Below, in pieces: positions 39,484 through 48,273 of a stretch of 64,000 nt of DNA. Source of the DNA: Candidatus Moranbacteria bacterium UBA1362. GTDB taxonomy: Bacteria; Patescibacteriota; Minisyncoccia; Moranbacterales; GWC2-37-73. Position 1 is the stretch's first letter; every line of letters starts with the position of its first letter. The stretch lies in the NCBI GenBank assembly GCA_002306085.1, contig DBRS01000017.1, positions 1,482-65,481 of the forward strand, given 5' to 3'. The notes beneath the pieces were generated by a model that was not told where the DNA came from, did no database searches, and was given only the letters and a program-made list of their open reading frames with translations. The position numbers and the translations under genes are program-made.

Positions 39484-40575
39484 TTATTTAAACGCTTTCT
39501 CTCTTTGATCTTCAACAAGTACTTCTCTGAGAGTTTCCAAATCTTCAAGAACGATTCCTATGCCCCTCACGACTGCGGTAAGCGGATCTTCCATAACTCT
39601 AACAGGCATTTTGGTCTGGTTGGCAATAAGCTTATCAAGATTTCTGATCATGCTTCCTCCTCCAGCTATGATCACGCCTCTTTGCATAACATCCGAGAGC
39701 AGTTCCGGGGGAGTTTCTTCAATAACGGTCTTTATATTGTTTATTATTATTCTTATTGATCTTGAAAGACCTTCCCTGATCTGCTCATCAGTCACCATGA
39801 CTTCTTTCGGCAGTCCGCTCACCAGATCACGCCCGCGAACAGGCATGGAAAGCCCCTCCTTGAGAGAAAAAGCACTTCCAACGGCAATCTTTATGTCTTC
39901 CGCAGTTTTTTCTCCGACCAACAGATTAAATTCATCCCTGCAATACCTCACTATATCTTCGTTCATCTCATCTCCAGCAACCCGAAGGCTTCTCGCGCTG
40001 ACAATGCCTCCCAACGAAATCACGGCAATTTCCGAAGTTCCTCCGCCAATATCAACAATCATGTTTCCGCGCGCGTCCGTCACCGGAAGTCTTGCTCCGA
40101 TCGCCGCTGCCATCGGTTCTTCAATAAGATACGCTTCGCGGGCACCGGCATTCATGGCGGCATCTATCACAGCTTTCTTCTCAACCTCAGTGATTCTCGA
40201 AGGAATCCCAATCAAAACCCGCGGCCTCGGTGAGAGAGCAAAAGAATCTTTGTTTATCTTGTCGATAAAATATTTAAGCATCTGCGTGGTCACTTCAAAA
40301 TCACTCACCACGCCGTCTACGAGCGGTCTTGTCGCTACAATATGGCCGGGAGTTTTCCCTACCATTCTTTTCGCCTCCCTGCCGATTGCCAGAACTTGTC
40401 CGGTACGCTTATTGATTGCCACCACTGAAGGCTCGTTTATTATTATTCCTTTCCCCTTGAGATAAACAAGCGTATTGGCGGTACCTAAATCAATGCCGAT
40501 ATCTCTCGACACATTACTGAAAAACCCTTCCGAAAACCTTTGAAAAATGCTTTTTGCTTTTTCTGTCATATTCAA
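39484..40575 (-). CDS. mreB: Rod shape-determining actin homologue MreB
   Basis: actin-fold motifs (DLGTANT, DIGGGT). Confidence 0.92.
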   Translation of the reverse strand: MNMTEKAKSIFQRFSEGFFSNVSRDIGIDLGTANTLVYLKGKGIIINEPSVVAINKRTGQVLAIGREAKRMVGKTPGHIVATRPLVDGVVSDFEVTTQMLKYFIDKINKDSFALSPRPRVLIGIPSRITEVEKKAVIDAAMNAGAREAYLIEEPMAAAIGARLPVTDARGNMIVDIGGGTSEIAVISLGGIVSARSLRVAGDEMNEDIVRYCRDEFNLLVGEKTAEDIKIAVGSAFSLKEGLSMPVRGRDLVSGLPKEVMVTDEQIREGLSRSIRIIINNIKTVIEETPPELLSDVMQRGVIIAGGGSMIRNLDKLIANQTKMPVRVMEDPLTAVVRGIGIVLEDLETLREVLVEDQREKAFK

Positions 40576-40816
40576 AAAATTTTTTTCTTTTTTAAAATGC
40601 GTGCAAAAGAAAAAATGGCGTATTTAAAAGAAAATATCGCTTAAAAAAGTGATCTGTATTTTTGTATTATTTCCTATATATAGTAGATTAAATACTTTCT
40701 TATGTCAAAAAGGCAAAATCAGGCAATTTTCCTGTTCGACAGCAAACAGCAGAACGCTTCATAGAGACCTCTACAGAGGTCTCCAACGTACACTCTGTTT
40801 TCCTTTGGGTTTACGC

Positions 40817-41833
40817 TTATAGCCCATATTTCTGCTTATTCTTCACGTGCTCTTCGAAGGTCACAGAATATACCGTGTTTTTAAGATTGTTAGGATCGGT
40901 TAAAAAGTAGAGATAATTTGTTTTTTTGGGACGCAAAGCCGCTGAAATTGTTTCCAAGCCGGGATTTGAAACCGGCCCGGGCGGCAGGCCTTTGTTGATA
41001 TAGGTATTGTACGGAGAATCGATTCTGGTTTGTTCAAAGGAGTGTTGAAAATCTCTCGTCTTAAGCACATATTCCAAAGTTGCATCGCTCTGAAGAGCCT
41101 GCCCGATCGCAATCCTGCGCCAAAATATTCCGGAAACAATTTGAAAATCTTCCGGCGTGCTTACTTCTCTCTCCAGGATACTTGCCATCGTAAGGATTTC
41201 AAATACCGTTTTCCCCTGTTTTTTCGCCTCCTCGCGCAATTCTTCGTCAAATTTATTTTCAGTATTGCTAAGAATTTTCTTCAAGATTCCCTCCGGAGTG
41301 GCATCTTTTGAAAATTTATACGTGTCGGGAAAAATATATCCTTCGAGCGAAGCCTTTTGCGGCTTGTCTGCCAGCACTGAAAATTGAGAAACAATATCTT
41401 CCGACGGATTGTTTACCAGCTCGAGAAAAGCGCCGCCGTCAAACCCATTCTCGTTAAGGCGTCCGGCAATCTGCTCGGCAGTCCAGCCTTCGGGAAACGT
41501 CAGTTTCACAAAAACTTTCTGTGGATTAGTTATTATCTCGGCAATTTCCGGAATCGTAAGGTTTCCGCTAAGCATATAATCTCCGGGATATATTTTTCCC
41601 AAAAGATTGCGCCCGCTCAAATAGATAAGAAAATAGAACCTGTTGGGCACAAGACCTTCTTTTTGAAGATTGAACGCAATTTCCTCATTACCCTCTCCTT
41701 TTTTTATCGAAAACATCACATTCGCTTCCGAATTTCCGTGGGAAAAATAAATCTGGTTGTACAGATAAAAAAAGCCGGCGATGGCTAAGGCGAACGACAA
41801 TACTATGATACTGGTTCTTCTTCTTAATTTCAT
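40817..41833 (-). CDS. mltG: Endolytic murein transglycosylase MltG (YceG family)
   Basis: N-terminal TM anchor, YceG-like domain. Confidence 0.75.
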   Translation of the reverse strand: MKLRRRTSIIVLSFALAIAGFFYLYNQIYFSHGNSEANVMFSIKKGEGNEEIAFNLQKEGLVPNRFYFLIYLSGRNLLGKIYPGDYMLSGNLTIPEIAEIITNPQKVFVKLTFPEGWTAEQIAGRLNENGFDGGAFLELVNNPSEDIVSQFSVLADKPQKASLEGYIFPDTYKFSKDATPEGILKKILSNTENKFDEELREEAKKQGKTVFEILTMASILEREVSTPEDFQIVSGIFWRRIAIGQALQSDATLEYVLKTRDFQHSFEQTRIDSPYNTYINKGLPPGPVSNPGLETISAALRPKKTNYLYFLTDPNNLKNTVYSVTFEEHVKNKQKYGL

Positions 41834-41901
41834 AAATTAATTATTAAAATTAATCACTAAAATATATTACAAACTGGAAAATATTTCGTTGCCTTGCCGA
41901 C

Positions 41902-42534
41902 CTACGCCCCGCCTTTGGTATCTTTCACAAAAGGCACAAACGCAAAGCCGGGAAATTCTTCAACATGAAATTTGTCCTGACCGCGCTTCTCCACAAGACA
42001 TATGCTGTCCGAAACCGGTATCACCATTTTGCCGCCAACTGCCAACTGATTCTTGAAAACTTCCGGAATTTCTTTGGTGTCCGCCGAAACCAAAATTCTG
42101 TCATAGGGCGCGTTCCTCTCAAATCCCTTTTCCGCCGAAATGCAATAGAATTCAACAATATTTTTTTTGATAAAACCGAACTTGGCAACATTTTTCTTTC
42201 CAAACTCGCAAAGACCCTCTACCTTTTCCATCGCCGTAACTCTTCCGCTTGCTCCCACAATGTGAGCAAGAAGCGCCGTCGTCCAGCCGCTTCCGCTTCC
42301 CACGTCAAGAATGTTCTGTCCTTCTTGGGGATCCAATAGTTCAAGCATAAAAGCAACCGTAAGCGGCTGCGAAATTGTCTGGCCGTATCCTATCGGAAGA
42401 GCGATGTCTTCATACGCCTGTCCCGCCATGTCCGCGGGCACAAACTCAGCTCTATCAATTTGTCGGAACGCTTCGATAATCCTTTCGCTTTTCAGATGTC
42501 CTCTTTCAATCAAGTCTTTTACAAGTATACTCAT
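41902..42534 (-). CDS. pcm: Protein-L-isoaspartate O-methyltransferase
   Basis: SAM motif VLDVGSGSGWTTA. Confidence 0.82.
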   Translation of the reverse strand: MSILVKDLIERGHLKSERIIEAFRQIDRAEFVPADMAGQAYEDIALPIGYGQTISQPLTVAFMLELLDPQEGQNILDVGSGSGWTTALLAHIVGASGRVTAMEKVEGLCEFGKKNVAKFGFIKKNIVEFYCISAEKGFERNAPYDRILVSADTKEIPEVFKNQLAVGGKMVIPVSDSICLVEKRGQDKFHVEEFPGFAFVPFVKDTKGGA

Positions 42535-42555
42535 AAATTTGATTTGAATCTCAGA

Positions 42556-43002
42556 CTAAATTCCCATCACATGAATTATTACATCCCTCTTCCTCGATCC
42601 GTCGAATTCTATCGCAAGAATGCTCTGCCTCTCATTGAGAAGCATTTTTCCTTTTTCAATCGGAATCGTCTGGCCTACTCCAAGCAGGAACGACTTACAA
42701 TGCGAATGCCCGTTACTTCTGCCGTCGGATTTTGATCCTCTGCGAAGCTCAAAAAGATCATGAGAATACCTGTCATCCATTGGCGCTAGCTTGTAAAGAA
42801 TACGCATAAAGTCCTGCACCAACATCGGCTCATTCTGGTTAACGGCAATCCCCATGGTGGTATGAGGAGCAAAAACGGTGACGATTCCTTCCCTGATTCC
42901 GCTGTCCGAAATTACTTTCTGCACATCGTCGGTGATGTCCATGAATTCTATCTGATTTTTGCTTTCAAGACTTAGTTTTTGTTTGTGTATTTTTACATCC
43001 AT
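42556..43002 (-). CDS. yjbQ: YjbQ/UPF0047 family protein (secondary thiamine-phosphate synthase-like)
   Basis: family-typical length and motifs (TDDV...GIVTVF.PHTTMG). Confidence 0.6.
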   Translation of the reverse strand: MDVKIHKQKLSLESKNQIEFMDITDDVQKVISDSGIREGIVTVFAPHTTMGIAVNQNEPMLVQDFMRILYKLAPMDDRYSHDLFELRRGSKSDGRSNGHSHCKSFLLGVGQTIPIEKGKMLLNERQSILAIEFDGSRKRDVIIHVMGI

Positions 43003-43165
43003 ACGACTTCACACAAATTCAACGAATATTTTAAAGTTTCGATCAAATTCTATTCGTTTAATTTGTGTTTTATTATTTTGGCGTCTGCCACTCGGGCAAC
43101 CGCCTATTTTATTTGTTTATATGATAATTTTATCACGGCTAAAGCCATTCACCAAACAGGCACAA

Positions 43166-44086
43166 CTATTTTTTAACAAGCTTTAATTTCTTGTAGACGC
43201 TTCCGGCCGCAACGGCGCCTTCCGCAACCGCCGTAATTATTTGCCTGAACTTGTTCGAACCTGTCGTAACGTCTCCCGCGGCATAAACGTTCTCAATATT
43301 AGTGCTCTGATCCTGCTTTACCACTATGTAATTTTGTTCATCGGTCTCCACTCCAAGATCTTTGGCAAGCATGACTCCGGGAGTAGAACCGATCTCGATG
43401 AAAATACCCTGCACTTTTAATTCTTTCTTTTTGCCGTCTTTTGTTTCATACACAATTCCCGCCACGCTTTCGCTTCCGAGAATCTCGTCAATTTTTTCAA
43501 AAGAAGCAACCGCAATTTTTCCGGTTTCGGCCATTCGCTGTTCCCACGCAGGCTCAAAAACTTTCGTACCGTCTTTGAAAAGAAGCTGCACTGAATTCAC
43601 AAATTCTGCAAGATGAAGAGCGGCTGTCGCCGCGCTGTCGCCTCCTCCGATCACGACCACATCCTTGCCGCGCGAAAACATGGCGTCGCACGTCGCGCAA
43701 TATGAAATTCCCTTGCCTATAAACTTGTCCTCGTTCGGGATATTAAGCTTGCGCGGTTTCATTCCGAGCGCGAGAATAACCGACTTTGCCTCCCTTTTCT
43801 TTCCGTCGTCGGTAATTATTTCAAACCCATCATAATTTTTAGAAATTTTAGTCACGGTGGCGGAAACGATAGTGCCTCCCAGATCTATGGTCTGTTTCTT
43901 AAATTTTTCCATGAGATCTTTTCCCGAAATGGATTCGATGCCGGCATAGTTTTCAATCTCCCAGGCTTCAACAACCTGCCCTCCCACTTCCGCACCAAGA
44001 ACCAAGTGATTGAGTTTGTAACGTGAAGCATAAATGGACGCTCCGAGCCCTGCAGGACCGGCCCCGATTATCACCAGATCATACAT
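43166..44086 (-). CDS. trxB: Thioredoxin reductase
   Basis: FAD motif GAGPAG, redox CATC, NADPH motif GGGDSA. Confidence 0.9.
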   Translation of the reverse strand: MYDLVIIGAGPAGLGASIYASRYKLNHLVLGAEVGGQVVEAWEIENYAGIESISGKDLMEKFKKQTIDLGGTIVSATVTKISKNYDGFEIITDDGKKREAKSVILALGMKPRKLNIPNEDKFIGKGISYCATCDAMFSRGKDVVVIGGGDSAATAALHLAEFVNSVQLLFKDGTKVFEPAWEQRMAETGKIAVASFEKIDEILGSESVAGIVYETKDGKKKELKVQGIFIEIGSTPGVMLAKDLGVETDEQNYIVVKQDQSTNIENVYAAGDVTTGSNKFRQIITAVAEGAVAAGSVYKKLKLVKK

Positions 44087-44207
44087 ACTTGTCTTTTTGA
44101 TGTTTATGTTTGTTGCCTAATTATATCACATGTCAACAATTTTATAAAACAAGCACTCATGAAAATTTCCGACTTTGAGTTTTGAATTTCGAATAAAATT
44201 TTGGCAA

Positions 44208-44236
44208 ATGAAAAAGAATCTGCCTGCAGGCAGATC
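44208..44236 (-). terminator. Rho-independent terminator downstream of trxA
   Basis: ATCTGCCTG/CAGGCAGAT 9-bp palindrome followed by T-run on minus strand. Confidence 0.6.
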
Positions 44237-44262
44237 CTTTCAGTAAACGCGACAGCAAAAAA

Positions 44263-44604
44263 CTATGCGAGTTTTTCCAGCGCTTTTTGCAACGCTTCTT
44301 TCGACTGCACTCCTATGAATTCCTGCTGCACTTTTCCGTTTTTAAATATTTTTATAGAAGGTATTGACATTATTCCGAATTTTTCGGCAGTTGCCGAATT
44401 TTCATCGACGTTGCATTTCCCGACTTTGGCCCTGTCTCCCATCTCTTTGGCAAGCTCCTCAACAATAGGTCCCATCATCTGGCAAGGTCCGCACCAAGGA
44501 GCCCAAAAATCAACCAGGACAGCTTTGTCACTTTCCAGCACTTCGCTTTGGAAATTTTGATCGGTAAATTGCATTTCCATAAAGATTGCAACAATTGGAA
44601 TCAC
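44263..44604 (-). CDS. trxA: Thioredoxin
   Basis: WCGPC active site. Confidence 0.92.
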   Translation of the reverse strand: MIPIVAIFMEMQFTDQNFQSEVLESDKAVLVDFWAPWCGPCQMMGPIVEELAKEMGDRAKVGKCNVDENSATAEKFGIMSIPSIKIFKNGKVQQEFIGVQSKEALQKALEKLA

Positions 44605-44649
44605 GCATTGCGCGCAAAATTCAACTATATTAATGATTAAGTTTTAAAC

Positions 44650-45360
44650 TTATTTTCCCAGCCTTCTCCCCCTCTTCATGAAATCCTCGATGGCGATCCT
44701 GAATTCGTCACCGTTGAAATCCGGATAAAATTTTTCCGAAAAATACAGCTGAGCGTTGGCAGTGTCCCACATCATGAAACCCGCGCTGAGATGGGGTTCG
44801 CCTCCCGTGCGGATCATGTAATCAACCGGAGGGAGGTCTTTTGTCATGAGATGATTTTTAATGGTCTCGTCGGTTATATCTTCCGGCTCAATCTTCTCGC
44901 CGGCAATTTTCTTGATAGCTTCCTTCATTTCATCGTCACCGCTATAGGCAAGCAAAAAATTCAGCGTGTGCCGGCCATAGTTTTTGGTCGCTTCAATACA
45001 TTTATATATTATCTTCTTGAGCGCTTCGGGAAATTGCTGTTCCCATTTGCCGATGAAATTTATTTTCACTTCATTTTCATGTACCTCCTTGCTTTTGGAA
45101 AGTTTTTCAAAATACTGCGCGTAAATTTCAAGCAACGCTTTTTTTTCTTCGATGGGACGCTTCTTGAGATTTTCAAGCGACGATCCCCAGAGCGACAGGC
45201 ATTTTATTTTCATCTCAAGCGCTTTTTTCATCAGGTTTTCCGTGTTCTTGGCTCCTTCAATGTGCCCTTCCCAAGGCTTCAATCCTCTTTGTTTGGCCCA
45301 TCTCCTGTTCCCGTCCGGAATTATGGCGACATGATTAGGGATGCTGGATATATCAGACAT
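44650..45360 (-). CDS. uppS: Undecaprenyl diphosphate synthase
   Basis: cis-prenyltransferase motifs HVAIIPDGNRRWA. Confidence 0.9.
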   Translation of the reverse strand: MSDISSIPNHVAIIPDGNRRWAKQRGLKPWEGHIEGAKNTENLMKKALEMKIKCLSLWGSSLENLKKRPIEEKKALLEIYAQYFEKLSKSKEVHENEVKINFIGKWEQQFPEALKKIIYKCIEATKNYGRHTLNFLLAYSGDDEMKEAIKKIAGEKIEPEDITDETIKNHLMTKDLPPVDYMIRTGGEPHLSAGFMMWDTANAQLYFSEKFYPDFNGDEFRIAIEDFMKRGRRLGK

Positions 45361-45547
45361 ATAAAATAATTTTTTTAATTAAGGATTTCAAATTTTTAAT
45401 CAATGCCAAACTTCAATTGTTTTAGTTCTAATTTTTCTTCAGCCGTTTATCGTCGGTTTTGATTGGAAATTAAAATTTAAATCAATTGAAAATTGTCGTC
45501 TTTTAGATTGTACCATACTTGCCCGAAAGCTAAAAGACAGAATCGAC

Positions 45548-46621
45548 CTACACGTTCCTCTTCTCGAGATAGTCCACAAGTCCGAAAAAAAATTCTTTCG
45601 CATTCGGCAAAATTACCGCTTTTTCCATGGCGCGCCTGCCTTTTTTGAAATTTTTGCGAGCCGTTTCTAAGGCATAGTCCAATGAACCGGTTTCTTTCAG
45701 GATGTTCCGGAACGCTTCTATTTCGTTTCGCCCGATATTTTTCTTTCCGAGAATGTCGCCCAGAATTTTTTTCTGCCGCCTGTTGCCCCTCTCGCGCGCC
45801 TTAACAACAAGAAGAGACTGTTTGCCTTCCTCGATGTCGGAAGCATTTGATTTTCCGATCTTTTTGGCATCGCCGAACACCCCGAGAATGTCGTCCTGAA
45901 TCTGAAACGCTATCCCGAGCGGAACGGCATAGGCGCTGAATGCTTTGAACACTTTTCTGTTATTGCATCCGGCAAGTTTCGCTCCCATATGCAACGGACC
46001 TTCAAAGGTATAGCGCGCTGTCTTGTTGCGATACATCGAAAGCACCTGTTCTTCTGTAACGTTTTTTTCATAGGCGATCGCAATATCCTGCGACTGTCCG
46101 ATGATTGTCGTGGCGACAACCGACTGAAGATTCGCAAGAACTTTCGCCGCAATATCTCCGCCAAAACCGGCTTCGGCAATGATTCTGTTGGCCATGGCAT
46201 AGAGCATGTCCCCGCCGATGATTGCCATCGAGTTTCCGAAATGCTCTGCATCCTTTCCCGCGATCTTTTCATCCGCAAAAAAGACATTGAGCGTCTTTTG
46301 CCCGTGCCGGGATTTTCCGCGATCGATTATGTCATCGTGCGCAAGCAGGAAAAGATGCACAAGCTCGATTGCGGCTGCCGCTTTCAGAATTTTCTTCTTT
46401 TCCCTGCCTCCCACCGCAAAATACGCCCAGCACAAAAGCGCGCCGCGAATCCTCTTTCCTCCGGAAAGCGCAATTTTCTTGGCCTGCACGAGCGCGTCGG
46501 CCATAATCGGATCTTCCTTGAGAGTCTTCGCTATTTCCTTGCTAAACTGACGTTCAAGTTCCCCGCTTATGGCGCCTTTCAGGTTTTTTAGTTCTTGCTT
46601 GAAATCCATAATAAAAAACAA
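45548..46621 (-). CDS. trans-Polyprenyl diphosphate synthase (IspA/GGPPS family)
   Basis: FARM LLAHDDIID and SARM QIQDDILG aspartate-rich motifs. Confidence 0.85.
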   Translation of the reverse strand: MFFIMDFKQELKNLKGAISGELERQFSKEIAKTLKEDPIMADALVQAKKIALSGGKRIRGALLCWAYFAVGGREKKKILKAAAAIELVHLFLLAHDDIIDRGKSRHGQKTLNVFFADEKIAGKDAEHFGNSMAIIGGDMLYAMANRIIAEAGFGGDIAAKVLANLQSVVATTIIGQSQDIAIAYEKNVTEEQVLSMYRNKTARYTFEGPLHMGAKLAGCNNRKVFKAFSAYAVPLGIAFQIQDDILGVFGDAKKIGKSNASDIEEGKQSLLVVKARERGNRRQKKILGDILGKKNIGRNEIEAFRNILKETGSLDYALETARKNFKKGRRAMEKAVILPNAKEFFFGLVDYLEKRNV

Positions 46622-46707
46622 AAATGATTTATTTTTGTCTTTTAAGCCTACTATTTCCGGCCCAAAAAAGCAAGCGCGCCAACATCACATCAGTGCGCGT
46701 AAAATCA

Positions 46708-46736
46708 CAAAAAAGCGCTAATCGGCGCTTTTTTCA
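46708..46736. terminator. Bidirectional hairpin terminator downstream of the nuclease gene
   Basis: AAAAAAGCGC-taatcg-GCGCTTTTTT. Confidence 0.5.
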
Positions 46737-46740
46737 AACT

Positions 46741-46788
46741 TATTACGTATTTTATTACGTAAAATTTTACATATTTAAATATGTAAAA
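46741..46788. promoter_or_regulatory. Array of four TTACGTA-type half-sites, ending in a perfect 24-bp palindrome
   Basis: TATTACGTATTTTATTACGTAAAA + TTTTACATATTTAAATATGTAAAA (46765-46788, perfect palindrome). Confidence 0.5.
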
Positions 46789-46808
46789 AGATTTGAAAAT
46801 TAGCAAAA

Positions 46809-47645
46809 TTATTTTTCCACTTTGCTGGCGGCCTGGCGATAGTTGCAGTAGTCGCAATCGGGATGAGCTTCGGGCATCTCGCCGTCCAGACACTTTTTAA
46901 TTTCAAAAATCGTGCCCTCAATCCAAGAATCATCTCCCGTGTACGGGATAATTTTGATATCAAATTCCAGTTTTCCGTCAAAAGCCTCTTTGTCTGTAAC
47001 TCCGTTGCAATAAACAAAATATCCGGTCTTTGAAACCGCAAAATCATTTTTCCGAAACAGCCACTGATAAATTTCCATCTGCCTTTTATATTCAATCTGC
47101 CAGTCGGCATCTAAATTTACTTCCTCCTTTTTGGAAGTCGACTTATAGTCAACAATAATCAGTTCGCCTTTGGGATTGACCCACACGTCATCCACTCCGC
47201 CTGTCAAAAGCAAATTGGTTTCCTTATGCAGATATTGGATGCCTCCGCGCAATGAATCCCGCCATTCATCCATTCTCGGATCCTGAAACGGCACAGCGTC
47301 AATGCCATATTTTTCCATCAGCGGATGAGCTTTTTCTTTGGCGCGATGCAGATCAAATTCTTTTTTAAGCAAAGCATCAACAGCTGAATTAAGATTAAAA
47401 GGAAATCCCGGCGGACGTCCTATCCCTAGCCGCCTGTCCAGATAAAAACATCTTGGGCAATTCAAAAACAAACTGATTTTCGAACGGGACAACTTGAACG
47501 CTTCCGCCTTTTCAGGATCGTATACATTCCGCGTTCTGTTTGCCTTGTAGTACACAGACATAGGATATTTTTTATTATTTAATGGATTTTTAAAGTCATG
47601 TAATCCTTTAATAGAAAAAGGTTCTTGATTTGTAATAACTATCAT
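46809..47645 (-). CDS. PD-(D/E)XK nuclease, RecB/Cas4 family, with CxxC...CxxC cluster
   Basis: motifs GGVDDV, ELIIVDYK, QMEIYQ (QxxxY), Cys pairs CPRC and CDYC. Confidence 0.6.
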   Translation of the reverse strand: MIVITNQEPFSIKGLHDFKNPLNNKKYPMSVYYKANRTRNVYDPEKAEAFKLSRSKISLFLNCPRCFYLDRRLGIGRPPGFPFNLNSAVDALLKKEFDLHRAKEKAHPLMEKYGIDAVPFQDPRMDEWRDSLRGGIQYLHKETNLLLTGGVDDVWVNPKGELIIVDYKSTSKKEEVNLDADWQIEYKRQMEIYQWLFRKNDFAVSKTGYFVYCNGVTDKEAFDGKLEFDIKIIPYTGDDSWIEGTIFEIKKCLDGEMPEAHPDCDYCNYRQAASKVEK

Positions 47646-47764
47646 TTTAGTTTTCGGCCAATATTTATCTAGCTACGCTCTTTCCCACTCAGCATTTCTT
47701 CTCGATTTTCTATTTCCTAAATATCTTACCGCCACAAACATTATATTTTTCGCTCGGATTTAAG

Positions 47765-47947
47765 TTATTTTCTAGAATAAAAATCTCTGATTATAATACC
47801 GCCTTTTATTTTTTTGACCACGACTTTCTGTTTTTCTTTCCAGCCGAAAGCGCGGATAATTTCGATTGGCAATGTCAGGCCGATGGAATGATTGCCCAAT
47901 TTTGTAAGTTTTCTTACATTGGATTCTTCCCTTTTTCTTGTTGACAT
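47765..47947 (-). CDS. AbrB/MazE/SpoVT-family small DNA-binding protein (60 aa)
   Basis: swapped-hairpin pattern KLTKLGNHSIGLTLPIEIIRAFGW. Confidence 0.5.
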   Translation of the reverse strand: MSTRKREESNVRKLTKLGNHSIGLTLPIEIIRAFGWKEKQKVVVKKIKGGIIIRDFYSRK

Positions 47948-47959
47948 ATGTTTGTTCTA

Positions 47960-47993
47960 AGTATGTAAAATATTACGTAAAATATTACGTACT
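47960..47993. promoter_or_regulatory. Tandem TTACGTA(A/C) sites 14-45 nt upstream of the AbrB-like gene start
   Basis: TATGTAAAATATTACGTAAAATATTACGTACTT. Confidence 0.55.
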
Positions 47994-48080
47994 TTGATAT
48001 ATTTCATTTTACGCCCAAAGCTTTTTTCAAGCAAACTGATGCTTTTTTTATCTTAAGACGGCTACAGAATTTTGGAAATT

Positions 48081-48113
48081 TTAAAAACCCTCTTTCAAAC
48101 AAAGAGGGTTTTG
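48081..48113. terminator. Bidirectional rho-independent terminator immediately 3' of tRNA-Glu
   Basis: AAAAACCCTCTTT-caaac-AAAGAGGGTTTTG. Confidence 0.7.
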
Positions 48114-48120
48114 AGAACTG

Positions 48121-48195
48121 TACCGCGTATGGGATTCGAACCCATGATTTCTTGGATGAGAACCAAGTGTCCTAGACCAACTAGACGAACGCGGC
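48121..48195 (-). tRNA. tRNA-Glu (anticodon CUC)
   Basis: cloverleaf: acceptor GCCGCGU/ACGCGGU, 3-bp D stem, anticodon stem CUUGG/CCAAG, loop UUCUCAU, T-arm AUGGG-UUCGAAU-CCCAU, discriminator A. Confidence 0.75.
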
Positions 48196-48273
48196 ATGCG
48201 CTTTGAACGGCAAAATCAACACGCCAAAAGCATGGGGTTTATTATAACGAAATTGGCAAATTAATCAAGATTT

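Noticed and set aside
46809-47645. Cas4-like nuclease as indicator of a CRISPR-Cas locus
   Set aside because: No repeat-spacer array and no cas1/cas2/effector genes anywhere in the window; treated as orphan RecB-family nuclease.
48121-48195. tRNA-Glu as attachment site of an integrated element (searched for direct repeat of tRNA 3' end near 46650-46800)
   Set aside because: No second copy of the tRNA 3' segment found by eye and no integrase gene; integration not supported.
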